Of a DNA stretch of 64,000 bases, positions 12,911-26,125 are shown piece by piece. The translations under genes and the position numbers were made by a program. Source of the DNA: Leucoraja ocellata (Eukaryota); assembly GCA_036785375.1 (NCBI GenBank), contig JAWMAR010000067.1, forward strand, positions 6,882,001 to 6,946,000, given 5' to 3'. Numbering within the stretch: position 1 is the first letter of the stretch; every line of letters starts with the position of its first letter. The notes under the pieces are model-generated. The model made no database searches. It saw only the letters and a program-made list of their open reading frames with translations, and was not told where the DNA came from.

Positions 12911-13296
12911 TGTTGCGATGTTCGTTTCCTCTGAGAAACACTGTTTGCATACAATGTATTAGCCACTATTATTGGGTTCGGGAAATGTCTGTCATGTATG
13001 GGGTTAATCGATATCTGTAATTGGATTGTAAAGAGACCACCCTCATGTGGTTCGGCCCCTCGAGATCCGGGGACCTATAAAGGTCCGCTGCCACAAAGTC
13101 CTGTGTCGATCTTCTGGGAGAGAGCTTGGGACCGCGTGACCTTCTGGAGTGTCTCTGCTTGAGCGAGGGCAAGAGGGTTTGATAAGGCAGATACAAGGAT
13201 CGAACCTGCGGTGGTTAGGTACAGTAGTGGGAACTGTAATGGTGTTTTGTCAAAATAAAGTCTAGATGCGCGTGCTTGACTCAGTGATTTTTGACA
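12911..13296 (+). mobile_element. Probable solo LTR
   Basis: TG...CA ends, TATAAA at ~13076 and AATAAA at ~13254 in the expected order; no clean TSD found. Confidence 0.5.
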
Positions 13297-13981
13297 AACT
13301 AAACTGGGGGTGTGAAACTGAGTTCTTTTGTCAGTCCAATTCAAGAAAACTTGATTCAAACTCTTGCTGTTGAAATCTATTCTTTATTCTGACAGCACTG
13401 GATAATTCTTTAAACCTTCCAACACAGAGCTAGAAACTCTGGGGTAGGTCGAAAGAACTACTGCTTTGATGTAACACATTATATGGGTATTGGACAATTA
13501 TGGTACAAAAGGAGTGGCAAACTATTAACCCATCATTATGGTTTGCCATACATTTAGCTTATTATTCAACTAAATCCTTACCAGTGATTGACAACGCGTA
13601 TAGTCACATGGTTTCCCCTTTTCTGGCCCCTTTACAACCTTTATCCCCTCTGTGGTTTTCTTTAACCTCTTTGCTCAAAATCATTTTATTTCAATGAAGT
13701 AAAACCACAGAAATGTAAAACTAATTCTCAGAGAACACCTCTCAGAATATGAAATTCACATCATACAGCCATCACATAATACATACACACAAAACATTTT
13801 CAGTTTTGGAAAATACATTTATTTCTAAAACTTCAGATTTAAACACAGTCTAATACTCACAATCCTAATTAAACACAATACATTTCACAAATAATTTCCC
13901 TACTTCATAGTTAAAATACAGTTACTTATGGATTAAATATGAGTTTTACAAAGTGGTAAAAACTTACGTTATTTCTATCCA

Positions 13982-14843
13982 GCAGCGGCCTCTGCAGCAT
14001 GTCCGCGTTTTTATTATTTTTTGTCTGTGTTTTTGTGTAGTTTTTGTTATTTTATGTTGGGGTGTGTGTGTGGGGGGGTGGGGGTGGGGTGGGGTGGGAG
14101 GGGGGGGGAAACCTTTTGAATCTCTCCCTGCACTGGAGACCCGACCTTTTCTCGTCGGGTCTCAGGTGTCGTTGAGGCCGCAACGAGGAGCGGCCTCCAA
14201 CGGGAAGAAGCCGGGGACTCTGGTGCCGACTCACCGTTGCCGTCGCGGAGCTGGCCGAGACCGGAGCGGGTGGAGCGGTGGAGGAGCGCTGCTGCTGCTG
14301 CTGCTGATGCTACCGGAGAGTCGGAGGCTCCAACGACAGGTCTGTGGACGGCGGCGCCGGGAGCCCGCGGCTCCCTAGAGGGAGACCGCTTTTCGGGGCT
14401 CCTGCAACGGCGAATTCTCCCGCCCGAGTTGCGGGGTCGAAGAGCTCCTGGAGCGGGGCCTGACACCACTGCCCCGCGCGGCTGGAATGGCCGCGGACTC
14501 TGCGAGCGCACACCGGGGGCTCCAACACCAAGACCCGGTGTGCGACCTCGCACCACCCGGCGTGGCTTTAATGGCCGCGGGACAATCGCCATCGCCAGCC
14601 GGGGGCTATGACTTTGACTCTGACATCGGGGGGGGGGGGGGAGAGAGTGCAGTGGAGAGATAAGTTTATTTGGTCTTCCATCACAGCTATGTGATGGATG
14701 TTTATGTAAAATGTAATTATGATGTGTCTGGGGTCTATTTGTGTGTAATGTATGGCTGCAGAAACGGCATTTCGTTTGGACCTCCAGGGGTCCAAATGAC
14801 AATTAAATTGACTCTTGACTCTCTTGACTCTCTTGACTCTTGA
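13982..14843 (+). mobile_element. GC-rich non-autonomous retroposon with a Rex1-type 3' tail
   Basis: Ends atttcgtt...aaatgacaattaaa followed by (ctcttga)n, like the Rex1 tails at ~19900 and ~22680; GC-rich non-coding body. Confidence 0.55.
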
Positions 14844-15331
14844 TAATCCCCAACCACACAAAGGCCACACATTGTCACACTTGATTAATTATAATCGCTT
14901 CTTCTCAAGCTCGGGTCTAGTTTAATTACAACCTCCCCCTTCTATCTCTGGACGAAAGGAATGTAAGGCCTCCTCACTAATAGCATTCCACACAGCAAAT
15001 GGAAGATTATCAAAACGGAGTTACTTTCTTAGTTTTCTATAAACATACGAGACCACCCTTATACAAAGGTCACACAACCATCACCTATGCCTTATCTCTT
15101 ATCTCAACATAAATACATTTAAACAGCACAAACCAGATCACAGACTAGTATCTAGCCTTGGTGCCAAGACCCAATATAGACGACCATAAATCCCCTTTAT
15201 AACACACCCGAGCTCAAAGATGTGCCATAAAGAAAGGACACATGATGCTAATGTCTTGAGAAGAAACCCATCAATAACCTATACTATACCTATTTACATC
15301 AACATCTCCATGTTATAACAAGCCATCTGTT

Positions 15332-15336
<5 letters not shown>

Positions 15337-15366
<30 letters not shown>
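15337..15366. repeat. (GT)n microsatellite
   Basis: About 15 GT units. Confidence 0.95.
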
Positions 15367-15367
<1 letters not shown>

Positions 15368-16049
15368 CTTTATTCCTTTGTGGGCTATGTATTTTTGAAA
15401 ACCTCAGCTCCAAGTCCTTCTCTTGCAACTTAACATAAGTTCCTCACACAGAAATTATCATTTGAGCAATTTTATTGTATAATATTTCCTCAGGGGGAAG
15501 CTTAGAACGAGCTATTTACAACATAATCGTACATAGTAGGCTGTACAGCCCTTTGAACCTGTATTGCCATACAGTAAGATCATGACTGAACTAATCTTGA
15601 TCTCAGGCCCATTTTCCTGCTTATTCTTATAGATATCAATAATTAAACTACAAATTCTGGAATTGAAGACACATTATTGCTGAAATGAGGAACTTAGCTG
15701 AGCAATGCATGCTGTAATAATAGGCAGGTTCTCAAATTGGCAAGATGTGAATATAAATATCTATTGATGCAAGGCTGCCACAAATATATTCTGGCATACG
15801 AGCAAATGACTTGGATGATTGTATAGAAACCCACATATTCAAACCTGTTGATGCCATAAAAATACTTGAGATTGTAAGCAGGGTAGAAGAAAGTATAAAA
15901 ATGGGAATGAGAATACCAAATGAGTAAATGAACAAAACTGTGTCAAGTGTTCACTTTGAACTGAAATAGGATGGAAAAGAATAGTTTCTAGCTTCTCAGC
16001 AGGGGGATAATAGGATATCCTAAGTATCTACTGATCATGTTTGAGACCA

Positions 16050-18360
16050 TTTAAATGCTTTCATGGAGACGTTGCATGAGCTAGTTTGTTGGAATGAAAG
16101 AAGATGCAAACACCCTGCTAGAAATACTCGAGAGCTGAGGGTTGAGCAATTGAAGGAAATGCAGTAGTGTTGGTAAAATGTGACAGGATGTTGGTGGAAC
16201 TGAGATCTGATAAATTCGAAGAACCTGATGATTGATACGTGTCCCAGAGATTTGAAGGAGGTGACAATGGACAGAGTGACTGCATGGGTTATCATTTGCC
16301 AAAATTCTACAGTTTGGAATTCTTTTTGTGGATTGGTGAGTAGCAAATGGAACACCAATATTTGAGAAAAACGAAAGAGAAAACGGTGATCATTACTTTG
16401 TTGGCCTAATATTTGTGGTATGAAAAATTCTAAACAAGTAATGAAGGATATAAGAATTCATAGAGCAAAGAAAATAGGTTTGAGCAGAGTTAGCATAGAA
16501 AAATTAAACAGTCAGCATTGAAATATGAAAGGGAAATCATTTTTGACAAATCTGTTCTTAGAGGTTCGAAGAATAGATGAAGAGGAACAATTGTACGTGT
16601 ATTTGGATTTTCAGAAAACTCACTTTTCACAAGAGGTTCCTCAACACGGGCACAGCAGACGTAATTGAGAGTAGTATAATGGCATGCATTGAAAATTGGT
16701 TAACAGGCAAAAGGTAAACGTGACATAAACAAGTCTTTCCCAGGTTGACAAGCTATGTATGACTAGTGAGTTTCCACAGGGATATAGAATTTGGGCTCAG
16801 CTGTACACAATCTATGTCAACAATTTGGCAGAGGGAACCAGACTTTCCAAGTTTGCTGATGTTATAAAACTGAGTGGGATTGCTGGTAAGGAGGAATATT
16901 TAAAGAAGCTTTCAGAACATATAGTCAAGCTAAGTGAGCGGTGAGAACATGATTAATGAAGTATAGTATAAAGAAATTCAAGGATATATATATATTTACC
17001 CTATATATTTATATATAGTGTGAAGTTCACATAAAATACTTGCTGTTGTAAGCAGGGTAAAAATGTATTTTACTATACGAAACATTTTAAAAAAAATGGT
17101 GAACAAATGGGTAATGTTGTTTGAACACATGTGCGAACGTGGCGCCAACGCACGAGAAGCCGAAGCAAAGAAGTGGAAGCCAAATAACCGAATGGATACA
17201 AAGCCAAAACGCCAAATAACCGAATGGAAACTAAGCCGAAACGCCAACTAACCGATAGTGTCGGACGCCTAAATGCAAACTAACTGAAAGGGCGGGACAG
17301 CTAAAAGCCAACTAACCAAAAGGCTCCGTCTCCACTGGCGGGAGGGTGGAGGTCATTTACCCACACAAGCCATAGGTGACTGGGCAACCTGAAGCCAAGC
17401 ACCAAGTTTTAAGTGGCCGAAGGTGCGCATCCCTCGGGACAGCCCCCACTCTCCCACGGCCACCCTCCGCGGGCTGTGGGTCGGGTGGAGCGGAGGTTTG
17501 GGACAATGTTCATCCCTCCTTAGTGATGTGATGGACGCAGGGGTCTGGACCAATCGCTGATAAATACCACACCCCGGCAACGTCATGTCCGTTATTTGAC
17601 TTTTCTGTTGAGCGGCATTCGGTTCGTTGGCTTATAGGCGACATCGGGACTTTCAGGTAGGTGGCGTTTCGGCAGAGCGGCCATTTGTTGAGTTTGCTTT
17701 TAGGTGAAGCAGCTTTTCGGTTAGTTGGCTTTTAGGCGTCCTGCCCTTTCGGTTCGTTTGCATTTAGGCGTCCCACCCTTTTGGTTAGTTGGCTTTTCGG
17801 CTTAGTTTCCATTCTGTTATTTGGCGTTTCGGCTTTGTTTCCATTCGATTATATGGCTTCCACTTCTTTGCTTCGGCTTCTCGTCTGTCGGCGTCACATC
17901 TGGGTACCTTTGAACAGATGTCCTTGCATCTATCACTGAATGTTGACATGCAGATAAAGCAAGTAAATAGGAATGGCCATTATTATGAGAGGACAAGTAC
18001 AGGGGTAAGAAATTCTTGATTACATGTAGTCAGTGCCTTGGTGAGACTACATCTGGACTATTGTACCCAGTTTTTGTAGTCTTTCCTAATATAAGGAGTT
18101 GCAACAAAGATTCATCAGACTACTCTCTGGGATGAAGTCATAAGAAAAAAAATGGAGTAGAAAAGTAAATTTATTTAATCTGTGTTTAGAAGAATAAGAG
18201 GTGGCTTCATTGAACTTGATAACATTCCAACAGGATGAATGCAGTGAAGATGTTGACACTAGTTGAGAAATTCTGAAGCAAGGGTTACAATGTCAGACTT
18301 AAGGCTGATAAAAAGAAACAAGTTGATGAGTCCTTGGAATTTTATATCCTGGAGAAGGTG
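16050..18360 (+). mobile_element. Old degraded CR1 RT/3' region, interrupted by the element at 17128-17908
   Basis: Remnants of LDFQK, PQG, SKFAD and LVRLHLDYC with many stops. Confidence 0.7.
17128..17908. mobile_element. Foldback-type DNA element with long, internally repetitive TIRs and an 8-bp TSD
   Basis: tttgaaca at 17120-17127 and 17909-17916; ~190-bp inverted arms built from ~16/32-bp subrepeats (gccaaataaccgaatgg). Confidence 0.8.
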
Positions 18361-18699
18361 CCTGTGCAAGCAAGAGAAGACATGTTGCAAGCAGCACACC
18401 AGAAAATAATCAAATATAGTGTTTCTGAGCTTACCTGTATAAAAGAAACAGCACAAATCAGTGCTGTAACTAACAAGCTACAAATGCATTTAAACACATT
18501 TGCGCTATTGCAATCTATCGACGGTAATGCAGTAGCTGATTCAAAGGGAATTCCCGATCACGGGAATCCCCCCACTTCACTGAGGATCTCAGGAACAGTG
18601 AGTACCTGGAAACATCGGGGAGGCCTCCACTGTGTCTGGAAATGTGGTCGACAAGTCATACTGAAGCATACCTCCTCTCCCTACGACCTCCTCTCCCTA

Positions 18700-21600
18700 C
18701 CATCTACTATCCAATGTACAGTCACTTGAAAATAAAGTGGAGGACTTAAGGTCAAGGCTGCTTTATCAAAGGGAGATATGGGAATGCTGTGTGCTTGGGT
18801 TCACAGAGATATGGCTCACCCTCGATTCCCTAACTCAGCCAAGGTTTCTCCATCCATCCAATGGACTAAACATAGGCATAGGGGAAAGGGAGAGGTGGGG
18901 GCGTTTTCCTCATGAATCCTCGACTTCCTCATTCACAGACCACAAACTGGTGGAAAGGTGTCTGCCTCGATAACAATCAGCACGGGAGCACCTCGAGCTG
19001 CGTGCTCAGCCCCCTGCTGTACTCACTCTATACTCATGACTGTGTAGCTGGTCATAGTGCGAACTCCATCATCAAGTTCACTGATGACATCACTGTGGTG
19101 GGATGTATCACTGATGGGGACGTCAGAGTACAGAAGAGAGATCGACCGGCTGATCAAATGGGGACCAGTATAATAACCTGGCCCCTCAACACCGGCAAAA
19201 CCAAGGAACTGATTGTGGACTTTGGAAGAGACAGGATGGGGACCAACAGTCCTGTTTATATCAACGGGTCGATGGTGGAAAGGGTCAAGAGCTTCAAATT
19301 CCTGGGCGTGCACATCTCTGAAGATCTTTCCGAGAACACTGATGCAATTGTAAAGAAAGCACATCAGCGCCTCTACTTCCTGAGAAGATTATGGAGAGTC
19401 GGTATGTCAAGGAGGACTCTAACTTCTACAGGTGCACAGTAGAGAGCATGCTGACTGGTTGCATTGTGGCTTGGTTCGGCAACTTGAGCGCCCAGGAGCG
19501 GAAAAGACTACAAAAAAGTAGTAAACACTGCCCAGTCCATCATCGGCTCTGACCTCCCTACCATTGAGGGGATCTATCGCAGTCGCTGCCTCAAAAAGCC
19601 TGGCAGCATCATCAAGGACCCACACCATCCTGGCCACACACTCATCTCCTTCAGGTAGGAGGTAGAGGAGCCTGAAGACTGCAACGTCCAGGTTCAGGCA
19701 TAGCTACTTCCCCACAGCCATCAGGCTATTAATCTCAACTGAAACAAAACTCTGAACATTAATAGCCCATTATCTGTTTAATTGCACTTTATCTGTTTTA
19801 TTTATTCATGTGTATTTATATAATGGTATATGGACACACTGATCTGTTCTGTATTCATGCCTACTATGTTCTGTTGTGCAGAAGCAAAGCAAGAATTTCA
19901 TTGTCCTATCTGGGACACATGACAAACTCTTGAATCTTGATTGGTCAACTATTTGTAGGGCTCAGTCGTGGCAGTCTTGTCTAAGTCCTCCTTCCCAAAC
20001 CTGAAACACCTGGTGGTGAAGTGCTGCCCCTTCTACCTCCTGAAGAAATTCACCTCCCATCATCCTGACCACGGTGTACATCGCACCCCAGGTAGACATC
20101 CGTCTGGCACTGTAGGAGCTGCACACCATGATCAACAAACAACAGTCAGCTCACGCTGAAACTTTTATCATCATAGTTGGGGATTTCAACAAAGCAAACC
20201 TAAAGAAATCACTCCATGGTTCCCACCAACAGGTTTTCTGCAGCATCAGATGATTAAACACCCTAGACCACTGCTATACGACCATGAAGGATGCCTATCG
20301 CTCCATCTCTTGCTCTCACTTTGGGAAATCCGACCATTCTGCTGTGCTGTTTCTTCCTGCGTATAGGAAGCAACTGAGGAGCGCACCCCCAGTAGACTGG
20401 GCACTGTTCAAGGACTCGGCAACGAACCTGAATAAATACATCACAGTTGTTACCGACCATAAGGAAATGTGTGGAGGAGTGTGTTCCTAGTGTTTTCCAA
20501 CCAGAAACCTTGGATGAGCCAGGATTATTCTGAGGACCAGATCCCGGATCTCTGGCGACGCAGAGGTATATAAGAAGTACAGATATAACATAGATAAAGC
20601 CATCAAAATGGCTAAGCTGGAGGATAAGGCGGATGTTCGGCAACTGTGGCAGGGCTTGAATCCCACGCTTCCTATAAGGCAAAACCAGGGGCAGCTCAAG
20701 CAACAGCGAAGCATCACTCCCTGTCGAGCTCATTGTGTTCTAAGCAAGCTTTGATAGGGAGAACATTGATGTACCTCCCTGAGACCCCCATCGTATTGCA
20801 ATCAGTCACAAGGGTCGATGTCAAAAGATCCTTCAGGGGGATGAACGCTCGAAAAGCCTCTGGACCTTATGGTATACCTGGTTGTGTTCTTAAAACCTGT
20901 GCAGACCAACTGGCTGGAGTTTTTGCAGACATCTTCAACCTCTCATTGCAGATGTCTGAGGTTCCTAATTGCTTTAAGAAGGCATCAATAATACCAGTGC
21001 CTAAGAAGATTAAGGTGACTTGCCTCAATGACTATCGACCGGTGACACTAAAGTCAGTGGTGATGACTGCTTTGAGAGGTTGGTTATGGCGCATGTCAAC
21101 TCCTGCCGCAACAAGAACCTTGACCCATTACAGTTTGCTTACCGTCACGACAGGTCAACAGAGGATGCAATCTCCACTGTGAATCTGGACCACTAGGACA
21201 ATAAAAACACATCGTCAGGCTGTTTATAGACTACAGCTCGACGTTTAATATCATCATCTCCTTCAAGCTAGTTCTTAAGCTCACGGAACTGGATCTATGC
21301 GCACCTATCTGCAACTGGATCCTCGACTTCCTCGTCAACAGGCCACAGTCTGTTTGAATTGGCAGCAACACTTCCTCAATAACCATCAGTATGGGAGCAC
21401 CTCAACTATACTCACGATTTTGTAGCCGGACTCAGTGCGACTCCATCTTCAAGTTCACTGCCAATGCAACTATTGTTGGACGAATTGCAGATGATGATGA
21501 GTCAGAGTATGGAAGTGGGATCGATCGACTGACCAAATGATGCAAGCCCAACAACCTGGCTCTCAATGTTAGTAAGACCAAGGATCTGATTGTGAACTTT

Positions 21601-22705
21601 GGAAGAGGAAGAACGAGGACCCGCAAACCTGCCTATATCGATAGGATGATGGTGGCGAGAGTCAAAAACTTGACATTCCTGGGTGTGCATATTTCTGAAG
21701 ATCTTTCATGGAACCAGCACACTGATGCAGTTATAAAGAAAGGCCATCAATGCCTCTACTTCCTGAGAAGATTGTGGAGATTTGGTATGTCAGAGAGGAC
21801 TCTCTTGAACCTCTGCAGGTGTATAGTAGAGGAGCATATTGAGTGGTTGCATCACGGCCTGGTTGTGCAACTTGAATGCCAAGAAGCGAGGAAGACTGTA
21901 AAAAGTGGTGAACACTGCCCAGTCCATCATGGGTTCTTACCTTCCCACCATCAAAGGGATTTATAGGAGTGGCTGCCTCAAAGGCAGCCAGCATCATCAG
22001 AGACCCACACCACCCAGGCCACATACTGATTTGACCCCTGCCATCAGGAAGAAGGTAGAGGAGCCTGAAATGTGTAACACACAGGTTCAGGAACAGCTTC
22101 TTCCCTACAGCTATCAGGCTATTAAAAACTGCAAAACTGGGATGTGTTTCTCTCTGAATCATTGGGTTGTTGACAACAAAGATGATTGAGGAGATTTGGT
22201 ATGTCGACGAATACTCTACCAAACTTATACAGGTGAATGATAGAGAGCAAACAGACTGGTTGCATCACACTGCCTGGTTTGACAACTGCCCAGGAACAGA
22301 GAAGAGTCCAGAGAGTGGTAGATCTTGCCAGGTCCATCACATGTTCTGACCTCCCCACCATTGACGGGACCTATAAGAGGTGGTGCCTCAAAAAGGTAGT
22401 CAATATCATCGAAGACCCATACCACTCTGGCCACGCTCTCATTTTGCTACTACTGCAGGAAGAAGGAATCACAGATGCTACTACTGTGGGAAGAAGGCCT
22501 AAAAACCATGGCCACCAGGTTCAAAAACAGCTTCTTCTCAGCAACCATCAGGGTCTTGATCACAATACTAACATCAGCAATTATGATCATCTGTGAACTG
22601 TCTTTTGTTGCGCTATGGACTTTGGTTTTGCGCTATTATGGTGAACTAGTAAGAATTTCATTATTCTGTTGCCAGTACCTATGACAATTGGACACTCCTG
22701 ATTCT
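18700..22705 (+). mobile_element. Cluster of Rex1/Babar LINE fragments (at least three 3' ends)
   Basis: VLGFTEIWL, HFGKSDHSAVL, KASGPYGIPG, LNDYRPV, YSLYTHDC...IKFTDD, KAHQRLYFLRRL, DPYHSGH; tails near 19930, 22130 and 22700. Confidence 0.85.
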
Positions 22706-22829
22706 TGACAAAGGATCGGGGGATGTGAGAATATTGTACAACTCTGAAATCTGACACAATTAGAACTTTGGTGCAAGGTGAGCTGCTTTCCCAGACTGTT
22801 AAATACTTTTTCTATTAATACCACAGTAA

Positions 22830-23045
22830 TGGCCCTGTCTCACGGTGCGAGCCCACCCACGAGTGATCCTGAGTGAGAAAAAAGAATCACACTCGCGGTT
22901 GTCTACGAGATTCCAAGTTTATGTTCACGAGTTTAAACGAGTTCCCACGTGTATGTCTAAGTTTGATGTTTACTTTTCATTTCTGCAATGTACCAAGTTC
23001 CTCACCCGAATTACCAAGTTCCCCTCCCGAGTTACTCTTGAGCCA
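22830..23045. mobile_element. Possible Harbinger-like DNA transposon end
   Basis: ggccctgtctcacggtgcgag start followed by short cacgagt subrepeats; no partner TIR found. Confidence 0.3.
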
Positions 23046-24538
23046 ACTGTGAATGAAGGCCTGTTTTAAGTATCAAATAGAAGAGCTGGACAGCATCTCA
23101 TACAGTAAGTATATTCTGATTCCGTATTGAAAGTTATTCAATTTCAGAACTTAAAAAAACTAGGCAGGATCTCGGCCCCGCACTCGCTGCCATTGTGAAG
23201 CAAGGAGGCGGTGGCGGCGAAGCAACAGTGTTAAAGAAGACAGCTCCATCAGGCGGCTTTGAGTTAAAGATAGAATTCAGCGTGGCCGCATCTATTGATA
23301 TGACCTACAAAGGGAAAATGTGCACCGTCCAGTGCCAGAGCGTTTCTCTCTGCTTCATATATGTGGGAATTCCCACAGTATGGTCACTCAGCAGGACAGG
23401 CAGCATCTCTGGAGAGAAGGAATGGGTGACGGGATGAAGTTTCCAAAATTCTGCTGTGTCTTTGGGTCACTCCAGCACTATGTGTTCACTTTTTGTCAAC
23501 CAGCATCTGCCCTTTCTTGTATATGACATTATTTGTATCCGTGGCAGCTGATTGTCGCACCCTTCAGTTTCCTAGGGGGTCGGGACGGGACTGGAGTTGG
23601 GGGGGAGGGGAGGGGAGGTGGGTGGTGGGGGGGGTGACTTAGTATGGCAGACAAGTGTAGGAGAGGTGTACTGACTGTGTGGGCAGACACTTTGGTAGTG
23701 ATTGTCCACCAGTCTCAAAAGCCGCTGTGTCTCCCTGTCCCTGGGATAGCAGGGGGCGATCAAACAGCACAATACCCCCCCCCCCCCTCCACGCCAACAG
23801 GAAGGGCAAGGATCCCAAGGCTTTAGCGTCAGATACAGCGGGCAGGCGACAATCACCCGCCATAACGCGAGAGAGATCATGCACTGTTGTAGGTCTCCTT
23901 TGCAAGTCGGTGTTTCTGTCTTTCTCCATCTCATTCTTGGCCCTGTCTGTCGCCACCTCCACCCTCACCCCTCTGCTTCCCGGCCATATGTGTGACCCCT
24001 TCCCACCCCTCTCCAGCTCCCCGCCCATTGCACCGGGCACGGGGGCTTCGCACCGTCCACGTCGGCGATGCCAGCAGGACAGTGCCAGTCGCCCCGGGGC
24101 AGGTGCTCGGGGGCTCTGTCCCAGTGAGGCCGGGGGGGGGGGGGAGATGGGAGTCAGCGGGCACGCCGGCTCTGCCACACCATGGGCCGCCGCCAACCAA
24201 GCCACCCGTCCACGCCCACACGCTCAGTAGAACAGGAGCTGAGATGGGAACTGTACCGCCCTTGCCCCCTCCCTCTGGGGAGATGGTGCACCCCGCCATG
24301 ATGCCTACTTCCAGTGGTTGTCACGCTGTGGTAAAGTCTGATGTCGAGACAGAATTGCAGATCCTGGAAGTAGTTTTTTGCCAGATTTGTTATTATTGCA
24401 GGCACCTGAGAATTCTAAAGCAGTCCATAGTAGCGAATGAGGAACTGATCCATAGGCATTTGCGAGGTCGAAGAACAAGACATGCAGATTCTTTGTTCTT
24501 TCTTAGCAGTCTGGATTTGATGCCATATGATGCTGGTA

Positions 24539-25921
24539 CAGGTGCACAACCTTTTATCCGAAAGCCTTGGGACCAGACACTTTTCGTAATTTGGAATTTG
24601 TCGCCTTTCGGAATGTAAATTTTTTAGCGTAGATTTTAACGGCTGGCTCAGAGGTAGAGTGCTCGGCTCATATCCGCAAGGTCGCGAGTTTGCGCCTTGA
24701 TCCCGGCAGTTCCTCGGTCGCGAGTTTGAGTCTTCAATGTAGTTTTTTCTTGCAGAATAAATGTCTGTATGAAATGCGGTGTGTTGAATGAATTCCTGAA
24801 TTTGGAAATGTGACCGCAGCATTGAATCACCTCTCGCACTCATGTCACCCTAGCGGGGCTACATGCCTTAGGCGGCCTAAGGCGACATTTTCACACTCTT
24901 ATATCCGTGTGCAGCAGAGGCGACGTGCGTTTGGCGCCAAACGTGAACTTTGGTGTGCAGACGACATCCTGGAAAAAATGACCGGTTTCTTCCAGGTAGG
25001 CCCCTCCCCCTCCAACTCCAGAGGAATCCGCTCCCCGATGGGCCGCTACGGCGACAAGTGGCAGTTCGCCCACAGCCCGAGCTTCGTGACCCCAAGAACA
25101 AGACGTACCTTGCACACCATCAGCTTCTGCCCATACGGGGAGCGTGTTCCTCTGGAGTTGGAGCGGGGCTGGGCTGGAGTTGCTGATCTGGGATCTCCAT
25201 GCTTGCAGTGGGCCTGGGGGTCGGTGTCCCAATGAGGGGGCGCAGCTCGGGCTGTGGGCGAACTGCCACTTGTCGCCGTAGCGGCCCATCGGGGAGCGGC
25301 TTTTGGTGGTCCTGATGTCTCCGGCCAGTTTGCAGTTTTCCTCTGGAGTTGGAACGGGGCTGGGCTGCTGCTGGCTGTGGGTCTCTGGGATCTCCGTGCT
25401 TGCAGTGGGCCTGGGTGTCGGTGTCTCATTGGTCCTGACGTCTCCGGTGACTGGCATTGTATGCTGGCATCGCCGACGTGAAGACAGTGCAAAGCCCCCG
25501 CGCCGGTGCAATGGGCGGGGAGCTGGAGAGGGGAGGGAAAGGGTCACACACATGGCCGGGAAGCAGAGGGGTGTAGGTGGGGTGAAACTGAAGGGAGCGA
25601 CAATTTGCTGCTCCCTGCCCGCTGAGTTAAAAAGTTCCCATGCTGTGTATCGTGAGTCGCCCGTGGGAACTTTTTAACTCAGCGGGCAGACAGCAGCATA
25701 TTGTCAATTATTAACCCTCCCGCGCAATATACCCTCACCTTCTCTTTTATGAATGGGGATTTAGTTCCCCTTTCTTCGAGGACCGACCGGAGGTTCCGCT
25801 GTCACCTCTGCGGGCCGCCCTCGGTGAACGTTTTCAAGGACCTTTCTTCAAGGACTGAAAAAATGTCCGCTATTCGGAGGTTTTCGTTATTTGGATCTTC
25901 GGATAAAAGGTTGTGCACCTG
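24539..25921 (+). mobile_element. MITE copy 3: same TIRs as copies 1 and 2, different interior
   Basis: TA|CAGGTGCACAACCTTTTATCCG...CGGATAAAAGGTTGTGCACCTG|TA; interior holds a tRNA-like piece and a 42-bp-arm hairpin. Confidence 0.9.
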
Positions 25922-26125
25922 TATGTTCAAGGCATCCCGAGAAGCCTGCTATGTCAGCCTGTGTACATATGTTCCAGTGTAGTTGTTTGTCATTTATGGT
26001 GGAGTTTTACTAGAAAGTTTTACTAGAAAGATGCAACCAATATCATCTGGAATTTAAAAATATGCTTTATCCTTAAATTAAGATTGATAATTCCAACAGG
26101 GAAGTATATGATTAGACGGTATATT

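Noticed and set aside
15160-15177. Possible retroviral primer-binding site (tggtgccaagaccc)
   Set aside because: Only a partial match, with no adjacent LTR end or gag/pol sequence.
17150-17320. CRISPR-like periodic repeats
   Set aside because: Eukaryotic context, no unique spacers or cas genes; they are subrepeats of a TIR.
24641-24708. Functional tRNA-Met gene
   Set aside because: Acceptor stem incomplete, anticodon stem and T-loop degenerate; kept only as a tRNA-like finding.
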